Source: Wolbachia endosymbiont of Onchocerca ochengi (GTDB lineage Bacteria; Pseudomonadota; Alphaproteobacteria; Rickettsiales; Anaplasmataceae). From it: 32,000 bases of DNA. A program made the position numbers and the translations under genes. The notes under the pieces were generated by a model that was given only the letters and a program-made list of their open reading frames with translations, made no database searches and had not been told where the DNA came from. The stretch's first letter is position 1. Each line of letters begins with the position of its first letter. This document shows, in pieces, positions 12,648 through 24,596 of this stretch. The stretch is taken from the NCBI RefSeq assembly GCF_000306885.1, contig NC_018267.1, positions 60,001-92,000 on the forward strand, written 5' to 3'.

Positions 12648-12911
12648 ATGGTGGAGTACACAAAAGAGGTAAGTAATATAGGCTTTGGTAAGATGTACCA
12701 ATCTTTATTTCTCCCTAAAGGAACAGGAACAGACTGGAGGTCAGCATTCCGTCAGCAAGAAGAATTATTAAAAAAGAAGGTAGCAGATAATATAACATCA
12801 CCAGAAATCAGCAATTCTCCTTTAAAAGAAGGTAAATTAGAAGAAGTAGGAACAACACTAAATGATATAAAAAAAGATCAAGGATACATAAAAACAAGAA
12901 AGTTAAGATAA
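12648..12911 (+). CDS. Hypothetical small protein (87 aa)
   Basis: ATG-initiated ORF between rnpA and 5S rRNA with non-repetitive, soluble-looking composition (FLPKGTGTDWRSAFRQQEELLKKK). Confidence 0.55.
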   Translation: MVEYTKEVSNIGFGKMYQSLFLPKGTGTDWRSAFRQQEELLKKKVADNITSPEISNSPLKEGKLEEVGTTLNDIKKDQGYIKTRKLR

Positions 12912-12953
12912 AAATACATCTATGCAACTCACAATTAATGAAGAAATTTTCAT

Positions 12954-13064
12954 AAACTTGGCAGCGACTTACTCTCCCTTTTCAAGTACCATCAGCGCTA
13001 AAAAGTTTCACTTCCGAGTTCGAAATGAGATCGGGTGTTTCATTTTTGCTATAGCCACCAAGTT
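12954..13064 (-). rRNA. rrf: 5S ribosomal RNA
   Basis: Reverse complement reads TTGGTGGCTATAGC...AAACACCCGATCTCATTTCGAACTCGGAAGTGAAAC...GCGCTGATGGTACT...GGGAGAGTAAGTCGCTGCCAA; ends approximate. Confidence 0.95.
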
Positions 13065-13121
13065 AATAAAAATTTCTAACTCAATTTAATATTTAACACT
13101 GCATACACGCATATAAAAAGC

Positions 13122-15902
<2,781 letters not shown>

Positions 15903-16243
15903 CTCGACTACATGCAGAATATGCAGAGTTAAATATTATTGAAATTAAACTGAGATTAAATTAATCCCTACCATAAAACTTGTCAAACATCTAAAAGCTA
16001 AATTAACTTTCTATATACTAGAAACTAACAAATAATATGTCAACGTTTTTTTACACAAAATATTTACTTATATTGGCAACAATATATACTTGTAATTCTA
16101 AGTAAGCAAAATTTATTATCTAAATAAGCGTTTAAGTAGGGTTATTATAATAAAAGTCAATGAAAAAAATATTTTGCAGTATAAAATACTTTAAAAATCA
16201 AGGTTGTTTAAAAGCGATAGTAAACATACAAGGTGTTTAAAGC

Positions 16244-17317
16244 ATGAAAGGTAACCTATCCTTTATAAATGTTATTTCAAGTTTTATATGCAAGTTAATC
16301 AGTATGCTTAATATTAAGAAAGCTAAACAATTAGCTATAAATAAGTATAATACTTTTCATAAAGAAACAGCTGCACTCCTTAAAAAATCAAAAAATCTAT
16401 TAAACACTAACATTGAAATTGGTTTACATCACTTCTATAATGGTAACATATCAGATGCAAAGCTGAGGTTTTGGCTAATCAGCGTATTTTGTTCTAATTT
16501 ACCTGTAGTTTGGTATAACATTGGAAGATGTCATTTTGCAATGGGAAACACCAACAAGGCTTACACTTATTTAACAAAGACATTAAAACTAGATAATAAC
16601 TACGAAGAAGCGTCCTACTACATAAAAAAAATGACAAATTTAGCACCTATTACAAAACTGCCTAAAAGGCTCATAAAACAATATTTTGATTACACTGGTA
16701 AGTACTTTGTTGAACATTGGTTGATTGCTAAACAATACAGAGGCCATGAGCTTATACACATGGTAATTGTAAAAACCTTTAACGATTTAACTTCCACACT
16801 TACCATACTTGATCTTGGTTGTGGAACTGGAATATGTGGTCATTTCTTTAAAATACACAATATTGGAAATTACATAATAGGAGTTGACATTTCAAACAGA
16901 ATGCTAAATATTGCTAGAGGGTGCTTTATAAAGGGTAAACCTGTTTATAATGAGTTAATACACATGGAAATGACAGATTTCCTTAAACAAGAAAGGAATT
17001 GCTTGTATGATATCATCATCTTTGCCGAAGTATTACACTATCTACACGACTTTCAAGTAGAGCTGGAACTAGCAAAGAAATCTACGAGTAAAAAAGGAGT
17101 GATTATATGCTTAGTAAGAAGAAAGGAAGGTGAAGGTATTGACTTTGTAAATAAAGGAGATTACTTTCGCCACTCAGAAAGTTATATACAAAGTGTTGCA
17201 AAAGAAATAAATATGCAAATAAGCTATATGAGTTACTGTAAAATATATGGAAGTCAGGTTGATGGTATCTTATTTGCGCTACAGCATCTACAAAAAAAAC
17301 CGGAAACCATAACTTAA
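16244..17317 (+). CDS. TPR-containing SAM-dependent methyltransferase
   Basis: TPR-like NLPVVWYNIGRCHFAMGNTNKAYTYLTKTLKLDNNYEEASYYIKKM followed by methyltransferase motif I LTILDLGCGTGICGHFF and NYIIGVDISNRMLNIAR. Confidence 0.85.
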   Translation: MKGNLSFINVISSFICKLISMLNIKKAKQLAINKYNTFHKETAALLKKSKNLLNTNIEIGLHHFYNGNISDAKLRFWLISVFCSNLPVVWYNIGRCHFAMGNTNKAYTYLTKTLKLDNNYEEASYYIKKMTNLAPITKLPKRLIKQYFDYTGKYFVEHWLIAKQYRGHELIHMVIVKTFNDLTSTLTILDLGCGTGICGHFFKIHNIGNYIIGVDISNRMLNIARGCFIKGKPVYNELIHMEMTDFLKQERNCLYDIIIFAEVLHYLHDFQVELELAKKSTSKKGVIICLVRRKEGEGIDFVNKGDYFRHSESYIQSVAKEINMQISYMSYCKIYGSQVDGILFALQHLQKKPETIT

Positions 17318-17371
17318 AAATTACTATTGCTCAAAGCAGTTTCTATGTACAATAAAACAAAAGAGGAATCC

Positions 17372-19156
17372 ATGAGTAATATTACTATTAATCACGAAAA
17401 AAATGTTAAACTGACCAGCTTTGGAAAAGCAGTTCTATTGGATAGGTATCTAATAGAAAATGAAAGTTACCAAGATCTCTTTATACGTATTGCTAGCTAC
17501 TACTCAGATAATAAGGAGCATGCGCAACGTCTTTATGATTACATAAGCAATTTGTGGTTTATGCCTTCAACACCAATACTTAGTAATGGCGGCACTAACA
17601 GAGGATTACCTATCTCTTGTTTTCTTAATGAAACCGAAGACAGCCTACAGGGAATAGTTGATTTATGGAATGAAAATGTTTGGCTAGCTGCACGTGGAGG
17701 AGGGATAGGTAGTTATTGGGGAAATCTACGTTCAATTGGCGAAAGTGTAAAGGGCAGTGGTAAAACATCTGGGATTGTACCATTTATTGTAGTACAGAAC
17801 GCTCTAACACTTGCAATCAGTCAAGGATCATTAAGAAGAGGAAGCTCAGCAGTTTACCTTCCTGTATCCCATCCAGAAATAGAAGAGTTTCTTGATATAC
17901 GCAAGCCAACAGGAGGTGATCCAAATCGCAAAGCATTAAATATACATCACGCTGTAATAGTAAACGACGAATTCATGCAAGCTGTTGAAAGAGATTTAGA
18001 ATGGGATTTAATTAGCCCTCACAGTAACAAAGTCATTTCAACTGTTAAAGCACGTGATATATGGGTTAAAATATTAATAGCAAGAGTCGAAACTGGAGAA
18101 CCTTATATTATTTTTCTCGACGCAATAAATAACAATAAGCCAGAATCTTACAAAAAACTCAATTTAGACATTAAGATGTCAAATCTATGCAGTGAAATTA
18201 CTTTAACCACAGGTTATGACCATCTAAACAAACCACGCACTGCTGTATGCTGCCTATCATCAGTAAATCTTGAATACTATGAAGAATGGAAAGACAGTGA
18301 ATTCTTCATAGAGGACATAATGCGCTTCCTTGATAATGTATTTGAGGATTTCATAAATAAGGCACCAAACGAAATACAGCGAGCAAAATATTCCGCAATG
18401 AGAGAGCGTAGTATTGGTCTTGGTGTGATGGGCTTTCATTCATTTTTACAGAGCAAAATGGTTCCTTTTGAGTCAGTAACAGCACAACAGTGGAACAAAA
18501 GGATATTTAAGCACTTGCGTGAGCAAGCAGACATAGTTTCTAAAAAATTAGCAGAAGAAAAGGGAGCATGCCTTGATGCTAAAGAAATCAATCTAATGGA
18601 AAGGTTTACACACAAGCTCGCTATCGCTCCAACTGCTTCGATTTCCATTATCGCAGGTAACACCTCCCCTGGGATAGAGCCATATGCAGCAAATGTATTC
18701 ACACAAAAAACACTCACAGGTTCATTTGTAGTGCGAAACAAATTCTTACAAAAATTATTAGCAAAAAAAAATCAAGATAATGACAAAGTATGGTCCTCAA
18801 TTTCAACAAACGAAGGTTCCGTACAGCATCTAGACTTTCTCAACGAGCACGAAAAATTAACATTTAAAACAGCATACGAACTTGATCAAAGATGGATTAT
18901 AGAACATGCAAGCGATAGAACTCCATATATTTGTCAGTCTCAATCAGTAAATTTGTTTCTACCTCCTAATATACATAAACGCTATTTACACAAAATACAC
19001 ATGCTTGCTTGGAAAAAAAATCTAAAAAGTTTATATTACTGTAGATCACTGTCAATACAAAGAGCCGACAAGGTTTCACATGATATATCCGAAAAAAACG
19101 AAATATTACACCAAAAAACAGATATTGATTATGATGAGTGCTTATCATGTCAATAA
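17372..19156 (+). CDS. nrdA: Ribonucleoside-diphosphate reductase, alpha subunit
   Basis: MPSTPILSNGGT, ARGGGIGSYWGNLRSIGESVKGSGKTSGI, LCSEITL, ERSIGLGVMGFHSFLQ, APTASISIIAGNTSPGIEP, TPYICQSQSVNLF, C-terminal DECLSCQ redox pair. The ATG at 17372 fits better than the track start at 17327. Confidence 0.95.
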   Translation: MSNITINHEKNVKLTSFGKAVLLDRYLIENESYQDLFIRIASYYSDNKEHAQRLYDYISNLWFMPSTPILSNGGTNRGLPISCFLNETEDSLQGIVDLWNENVWLAARGGGIGSYWGNLRSIGESVKGSGKTSGIVPFIVVQNALTLAISQGSLRRGSSAVYLPVSHPEIEEFLDIRKPTGGDPNRKALNIHHAVIVNDEFMQAVERDLEWDLISPHSNKVISTVKARDIWVKILIARVETGEPYIIFLDAINNNKPESYKKLNLDIKMSNLCSEITLTTGYDHLNKPRTAVCCLSSVNLEYYEEWKDSEFFIEDIMRFLDNVFEDFINKAPNEIQRAKYSAMRERSIGLGVMGFHSFLQSKMVPFESVTAQQWNKRIFKHLREQADIVSKKLAEEKGACLDAKEINLMERFTHKLAIAPTASISIIAGNTSPGIEPYAANVFTQKTLTGSFVVRNKFLQKLLAKKNQDNDKVWSSISTNEGSVQHLDFLNEHEKLTFKTAYELDQRWIIEHASDRTPYICQSQSVNLFLPPNIHKRYLHKIHMLAWKKNLKSLYYCRSLSIQRADKVSHDISEKNEILHQKTDIDYDECLSCQ

Positions 19157-19624
19157 ATGCTGCATAAAAATCCCGCTGAATTTTTAAAATCCATTCCAAA
19201 AGACAAGCGCGTAATGTGCCTCGATATGGGGAAAAAACAAATAGGAATAGCATTTAGTGACAAAACGCAACTCATAGCTACTGCTCATAGCATATATAAT
19301 AGAAAAAATATAAGCAAAGATTTAGGCTACCTAAATAGAGTATTCAAAGAAAATGAAGCTGGTTCAGTAGTAATAGGGCTACCACTAGAAACAAATAGAA
19401 AAAGAAGTGAATGGTATGAAACCATCATCCAGTTTGCAACCAAAATGATAAAAAAATATAAAGTAAATATATATTTGCAAGATGAAAGCTTATCAACATT
19501 TATTGCAATTCATACACTAAAGACTGCCGGAGTATCAATCACAAAATCAAAAAAAATAGACGATAAAATCTCCGCATGTATTATTTTACAACGAACGCTA
19601 GATAAGATAAATGCAATTAAATAG
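19157..19624 (+). CDS. ruvX: Putative Holliday junction resolvase, YqgF/RuvX family
   Basis: VMCLDMGKKQIGIAFSD, SVVIGLPLETNRKRSEW, LQDESLSTFIA motifs; starts immediately after the nrdA stop. Confidence 0.9.
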   Translation: MLHKNPAEFLKSIPKDKRVMCLDMGKKQIGIAFSDKTQLIATAHSIYNRKNISKDLGYLNRVFKENEAGSVVIGLPLETNRKRSEWYETIIQFATKMIKKYKVNIYLQDESLSTFIAIHTLKTAGVSITKSKKIDDKISACIILQRTLDKINAIK

Positions 19625-19777
19625 TTTTTCTATAGCTAAAAAATTCCTATATGTTATACTGTAATAGTATCTTAACTGTAACACGTAGTAATGGAACTCA
19701 TCACTTCAAACCATTCCTTAGGTTATCACTCAAGCAGCATCAGTTAGTTTTATATACACAAGCGCTCATCACCTTTA

Positions 19778-19941
19778 CTAGCATTCATAGTGTTCAAAGT
19801 TAACTTCCGTTAACACCTTGCTAATTCTAGCTACATCTTAAATTTCAGCTAGAGAAGCTTTGCTTATATTTTCTAAAAAAACAAAATAAGAACATAATGC
19901 TTTTTCTTTTTTCGTTACCAACGCTAAATACTTTCTCTTAA
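19778..19941 (-). pseudogene. Decayed remnant of the UvrC C-terminal (HhH)2 domain
   Basis: Downstream of the uvrC stop, shifted minus-strand frames read ..SVGNEKRKSIMFLFCF.. then FLENISKASLAEI*DVARISKVLTEVNFEHYEC*, matching the HhH core pattern (PGVGNKRKKALLxxFGSLENISKASLAEI..VxGISKxLAExI). Confidence 0.85.
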
Positions 19942-21594
19942 TTATGAACTTATAAACTGTTTATCGCGTTTTTTTCTATGTGAAGCTATTGCAAAACGAT
20001 GAGCTTCATTACGAAGCAATTGTAAGTAAAGCATGACCTTGCTATCATTCTCCAGAGTAAACTCTTCCTTACCTAACATATAAAATCTCTCGTTTCCCGC
20101 ATTGCGATAAGTACCCTTTGCCATACAAACAAAAGGAACATCTATTTTCAATATTTGCAACACATTCTGCACTGTGGAAACATGCCCAGGCCCGCCATCA
20201 ATTAAGAGAAAATCAGGGATTATGTCCTTTATCTTACCGGAAAAACGCTTGGTTAACACTTCCCTCATCATTTTATAGTCATCACCTGAAATTTCCCCTT
20301 TTATAGTAAATTTTCTGTATTCACTTTTTAAAAAACCTTCCTGTCCTGCAACAACCATTACACCAATTTGGTGACTTCCAGATATATGGCTATTATCATA
20401 AACCTCTATACGTTTTGGAACATTTGGTAACGAAAAAACTTTACTCAGCTTTTCGAGTTTCTCTAGACTATCTCTACAATCAGTAAGCTCTCGCTCTAAG
20501 CTATATTGAGAATTATTAAAAACAAACTCTAATAAATCACGTTCTTTATTACTCTTTGTGTACAAAACCTTTATTGATTTGTGAGTAATTTTACATAGTG
20601 CTTGCTCTATAATTTTCCTATTTGTAATAAAATCTGGAATATAAATTTGTACCGGAGGCACATTAACTGAGTTATAGAAATTGATCAAAAAAGTAGACAA
20701 AATTTCATCATCTGGATGATCATTACAATTTTCAGCAAAGTAAGAAGTACTTCCGTAGTTTTCTTTATTTCTGAACGATAACAAATTAATACACGCTGAA
20801 TCTTCTTTACGTGCAATGCTGAAAAAGTCTGCATCTTTTTCAAAAGAAAAATCCATTGGCTGCATTTGAACTTGCTTAAGCAGCTTTATCCGATCTCTAT
20901 ATACAGCAGCAAGCTCGTAGTTCTGCTCATTGCTATACTTTTTCATTATAGAAAGTAACTGCTCTTCCACTTTATTGTTTCTCCCAAGTAATGTATCCCG
21001 TGCTTGTTTTGCTGATTGGCAGTAATCATCTTTTGCAATTTTACCCACACATGGTGCTGAGCAGCGCCTAATATGATACTCAAAACATGGCCTTTTTGTT
21101 GAGGAGAACTTTTTATCTGAACATCCTCTCAAGAGAAAAGCTTTTTGCAATGACAATATAGTTTGCTTAACAGCAGTAGCAGATGTAAAGGGACCATAAT
21201 AATGAAATTCACCCTTTTTAAGTTTGCCTCTATGTTGTGCTATACTAGGATAATCATGTTTGGAAATTGTTATATAAGGGTAAGATTTTCCATCTTTAAG
21301 CTTAATATTATAAGTAGGTTTTAGTGACTTTATTAACCGCGACTCAAGAAGCAATGCCTCGATTTCATTCTTAGTTAGAAAAGTCTCAATCTTAACAATC
21401 TGTGAAAGCATAACCTTAACTCGTTCAGAAAGGTTTCCAAATCGAAGGTAGTTAGATAATCTTAATTTTAAGTTTTTTGCTTTTCCAACATATAAAACCT
21501 TACCCTTCTCTCCAGTCATTTTATATACACCGCAAGACTGCGCAGATAAATCAATTTGCTTTTTTATTACCTGAACATTTACGATATAATTCAT
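19942..21594 (-). CDS. uvrC: Excinuclease ABC subunit C, C-terminally truncated
   Basis: CGVYKMTGEKGKVLYVGKAKNLKLRLSNYL, RPCFEYHIRRCSAPCVG, YDNSHISGSHQIGVMVVA, PDFLLIDGGPGHVS; ends QFISS* before the HhH domain. Confidence 0.95.
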   Translation of the reverse strand: MNYIVNVQVIKKQIDLSAQSCGVYKMTGEKGKVLYVGKAKNLKLRLSNYLRFGNLSERVKVMLSQIVKIETFLTKNEIEALLLESRLIKSLKPTYNIKLKDGKSYPYITISKHDYPSIAQHRGKLKKGEFHYYGPFTSATAVKQTILSLQKAFLLRGCSDKKFSSTKRPCFEYHIRRCSAPCVGKIAKDDYCQSAKQARDTLLGRNNKVEEQLLSIMKKYSNEQNYELAAVYRDRIKLLKQVQMQPMDFSFEKDADFFSIARKEDSACINLLSFRNKENYGSTSYFAENCNDHPDDEILSTFLINFYNSVNVPPVQIYIPDFITNRKIIEQALCKITHKSIKVLYTKSNKERDLLEFVFNNSQYSLERELTDCRDSLEKLEKLSKVFSLPNVPKRIEVYDNSHISGSHQIGVMVVAGQEGFLKSEYRKFTIKGEISGDDYKMMREVLTKRFSGKIKDIIPDFLLIDGGPGHVSTVQNVLQILKIDVPFVCMAKGTYRNAGNERFYMLGKEEFTLENDSKVMLYLQLLRNEAHRFAIASHRKKRDKQFISS

Positions 21595-21854
21595 TGCTTA
21601 ACTTGTATAAGTTTAAAACATGCCACTGAATGAAAAATGGAAATAACACTCGCAAGCAAAGAGAATCTATTTTCTCTTAGCTTATCATAAGCACAGTTAA
21701 TCTTTACATTGTCCATAAACTGATTGATAAGTGGAAGAAATCGATTAAGCTCATCAAGTGCTGCACTGAAGTGATCATTTTTTATTGCTTGTTTAATTCT
21801 TTCATAAACAGCTACAGCACAATTTGATAGTGCTATCTCCTTATTGTCAATCAA
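21591..21854 (-). CDS. glyS: C-terminal fragment of glycyl-tRNA synthetase beta subunit (DALR/anticodon-binding region), in frame with the upstream glyS ORF
   Basis: FSAALDELNRFLPLINQFMDNVKINCAYDKLRENRFSLLASVISIFHSVACFKLIQ matches the GlyS C-terminus pattern (LRENRLxLLxxIxxxFxxVADFSxLQ). Lies exactly 14 codons downstream of the upstream ORF's TAA, same frame. Confidence 0.85.
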   Translation of the reverse strand: MIDNKEIALSNCAVAVYERIKQAIKNDHFSAALDELNRFLPLINQFMDNVKINCAYDKLRENRFSLLASVISIFHSVACFKLIQVKQ

Positions 21855-21896
21855 AAACTCTTGATTATAAGACGCGATATAAGTAGTATTGTCATT

Positions 21897-23696
21897 TTAT
21901 TTTGCTTTGCTAACTATATTACTCACCCTTCTATAAGTATTCAGAATCTGCTCACCTTTAGGAGTACTGAGATAACAATCTAATATAATAGTTTGCTTTT
22001 CTGCTGTCAGTAGATCATCAATATCAGTTTTATATAATATTGAATCTATAACATCTTGCCTTACACCTTTATTTTTTAAAATAACCCTAAATCTCTTTAA
22101 ACAAAATTTAAGCACAAGTTCTAGAATCTGCTCCCTATTTAGCTTATTAGGTTGACCAACTGATGCTGCATCCCCAGCAAATACAAATTCTAAATATAAA
22201 GATACCGACTTATCTATCAATAGTCTGATTGGAATATGCAAATTATTCTCAAGTATCGTTCTAATTATGCCAATTGCCATTCTTCGTAAACCAAATTGAT
22301 CATATGAACCTGAGATCTTTTCACCTGCTGCAATCAAACCAACTAAACTATCTACTTTATCAGCAATAGCCACAACAATCGCAGTAGGGGATCTAGGACA
22401 TTCTTGCTCTGGTCTAACTGGTTTATAATGTTCAGTTATAGCTTCCACTATTTCTTTATCTTCTTGAAAATAAGAGGCATAATATCCACCCATTATTCCT
22501 TGTAATTCTGGAAATTCTCTTACCATTGATGTTGCGAGATCTGCCTTTGCCAAATATGCAGCATGCTCAACCTTAGTTAACGAAGCATGCGGAACATACA
22601 TGGCTATATACTTTGATAAAACCATAATACGCCTTACTTTTTCTCCAACATTACCTAGATAAGCATGAGATAATATCGAGTCTAACTTTCTTACATAATA
22701 ATCAAGATTTTCCTTTCTATCTTGAGACATCAAAAATTGCGCATCAGCAAGACGTGCTTCTAATATCCTTTCATGCCCTTTGATAACTTCATCACTGCTG
22801 ACATTGACAACAGTAGCAAAGTGCGAAATTCTCTTTCCATTACTCAAAGCAAGACATTTTTGTTGTGTATTAATTATACTAAGAATTGCCTCTTTTGGCA
22901 ATCCAAATGACTTTTCATGATTTACTTTACCAAACAGTACAACTGGCCACTCTATAAGCCCCGTTAATTCATCCAATAAATAATTATTTTCTTCAAGTTG
23001 TAAATTCTGCTCTTTTATGAATTTATTAATCTGATCCAGTATGAATTGCTTTCTTTTATCTTGCTGGAGAATGACATTATTTTTTTTTAGTAACCCAAAG
23101 TAGTCTTTAGGTACTTTAACAGTAAGCATCGCGCCACCTGAGAGAAATCTATGACCATAAGTTGTGTTACATGCCGTAATCCCTGCAAAAAATACAGGGA
23201 TTATCTCGTCATTTAAAATGCATAAAATGTTTTTAATTGGTCTAACCCATCTTTCTTTTCCTTTGCTCCACCTCATGCTTTTCGGCCAAGAAAAGTCTTT
23301 TAGCATTTTTTCCAGTTGATTTTTAAGAAATTCTTTGATGTTAAATGAGCTGCTTTCTCTCTTAATGAAGTAAAACTCTCCATCATTTACTTTTCGAATA
23401 AGTAAATCTTTTCTATCTTTTTGATATTTTTTTAAAAAACCTTCGATGGCACTTTCCGGTGCACTGACATTTGGTCCACTAATTTTGTTATTAGAACCTT
23501 TCAGCTCTGAAATATTTATATCACTAACAAAAAGAGCAATGCGACGTGCTGTCACAAAAACCTCTATAGAGGCAAATTTCACATTATTTTTATTGAAAGC
23601 ATTAGTAATATAACTCTTAACTTGAGCTACAGCTAAACTTTGCATTCTTGATGGTATCTCTTCTGAAAGGCATTCAAATAATAGTTGCGATAACAT
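21897..23696 (-). CDS. glyS: Glycyl-tRNA synthetase beta subunit, main part, ending at an in-frame TAA
   Basis: EGLPSRM-like N-terminus (MLSQLLFECLSEEIPSRMQSLA), WPKSMRWSKGKERWVRPIKNIL, GHRFLSG, LTKVEHAAYLAKADLATSMVREFPELQGIMGGYYA, IVAIADKVDSLVGLIAAGEKISGSYDQFGLRRMAIGIIRT. Confidence 0.95.
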   Translation of the reverse strand: MLSQLLFECLSEEIPSRMQSLAVAQVKSYITNAFNKNNVKFASIEVFVTARRIALFVSDINISELKGSNNKISGPNVSAPESAIEGFLKKYQKDRKDLLIRKVNDGEFYFIKRESSSFNIKEFLKNQLEKMLKDFSWPKSMRWSKGKERWVRPIKNILCILNDEIIPVFFAGITACNTTYGHRFLSGGAMLTVKVPKDYFGLLKKNNVILQQDKRKQFILDQINKFIKEQNLQLEENNYLLDELTGLIEWPVVLFGKVNHEKSFGLPKEAILSIINTQQKCLALSNGKRISHFATVVNVSSDEVIKGHERILEARLADAQFLMSQDRKENLDYYVRKLDSILSHAYLGNVGEKVRRIMVLSKYIAMYVPHASLTKVEHAAYLAKADLATSMVREFPELQGIMGGYYASYFQEDKEIVEAITEHYKPVRPEQECPRSPTAIVVAIADKVDSLVGLIAAGEKISGSYDQFGLRRMAIGIIRTILENNLHIPIRLLIDKSVSLYLEFVFAGDAASVGQPNKLNREQILELVLKFCLKRFRVILKNKGVRQDVIDSILYKTDIDDLLTAEKQTIILDCYLSTPKGEQILNTYRRVSNIVSKAK

Positions 23697-23699
23697 ATG

Positions 23700-24539
23700 C
23701 TATTTACTTATGTATAACTCACAACATTTTTTTGTTAGCTCCCTTACTCTGCTAATATATACTGTACGCTCATTCACATCAAGCACACCTCTTGCATCAA
23801 GCAGATTAAGTAAATGACTAGTTTTAACACATTGGTCATAAGCTGCTACCGGCAATTTTTTTTCAATAAGGAATTGACACAACTTTTCCGCATCTTCAAA
23901 TTGCTGCTGTGCTACTTCAGTAGTATAATAGTTTAATGACAGGCAAGAAAATTCATACTCTCTTTGCTTAAAAATATCTCCATAAGTTACACCATTGTCG
24001 TTCCAAGTTATATCAAAAACATTATCTATACCTTGTATACACATTGCTAAACGTTCCAGCCCATACGCTACTTCACCAGGAATTATTTTACAATCAATGC
24101 CTCCTACTTGCTGTATATAAGTAAGTTGTGTCACCTCCATTCCATTGCATATAACTTCCCACCCAAGTCCTGATGCACCAACACTTGGATTTTCCCAATC
24201 ATCTTCAACAAATTGAATATCATATTTCCTTGTAGATATACTAAGAGCCTTTAGGCTACTCAAGTAGATATCCTGCAAGTTATTTCCAGAAGGCTTTATC
24301 ACTACCTGGTACTGATGATGTTGATATAGGCGATTAGGGTTGTCACCATAGCGCCCATCTGCCGGTCTAACCACTGGTTGTAAATATGCAACCTTCATTG
24401 GTTTTGCATCAACCGCTGCCATAGCTGTTGCAGGATGCAATGTTCCAGCTCCAATTTCAGACGTATATGGATAAAGTATAGTACATCCTTCACTAGCCCA
24501 AAAATCTTGCAATTCTTTTATTATACTTTGTAGATCCAC
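23700..24539 (-). CDS. glyQ: Glycyl-tRNA synthetase alpha subunit
   Basis: FWASEGCTILYPYTSEIGAGTLHPATAM, YLQPVVRPADGRYGDNPNRLYQHHQYQVVIKPSG, DDWENPSVGASGLGWEVICNGMEVTQLTYIQQ. Confidence 0.98.
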   Translation of the reverse strand: MDLQSIIKELQDFWASEGCTILYPYTSEIGAGTLHPATAMAAVDAKPMKVAYLQPVVRPADGRYGDNPNRLYQHHQYQVVIKPSGNNLQDIYLSSLKALSISTRKYDIQFVEDDWENPSVGASGLGWEVICNGMEVTQLTYIQQVGGIDCKIIPGEVAYGLERLAMCIQGIDNVFDITWNDNGVTYGDIFKQREYEFSCLSLNYYTTEVAQQQFEDAEKLCQFLIEKKLPVAAYDQCVKTSHLLNLLDARGVLDVNERTVYISRVRELTKKCCELYISK

Positions 24540-24596
24540 ATAAACTGCACACTTTTTACACTAAATATATAAGCAAATATGTATACTATACAATAT

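Noticed and set aside
18436-19253. Minus-strand ORFs 18436-18741 and 18966-19253
   Set aside because: Antisense to nrdA and the start of ruvX; mirror its codon structure.
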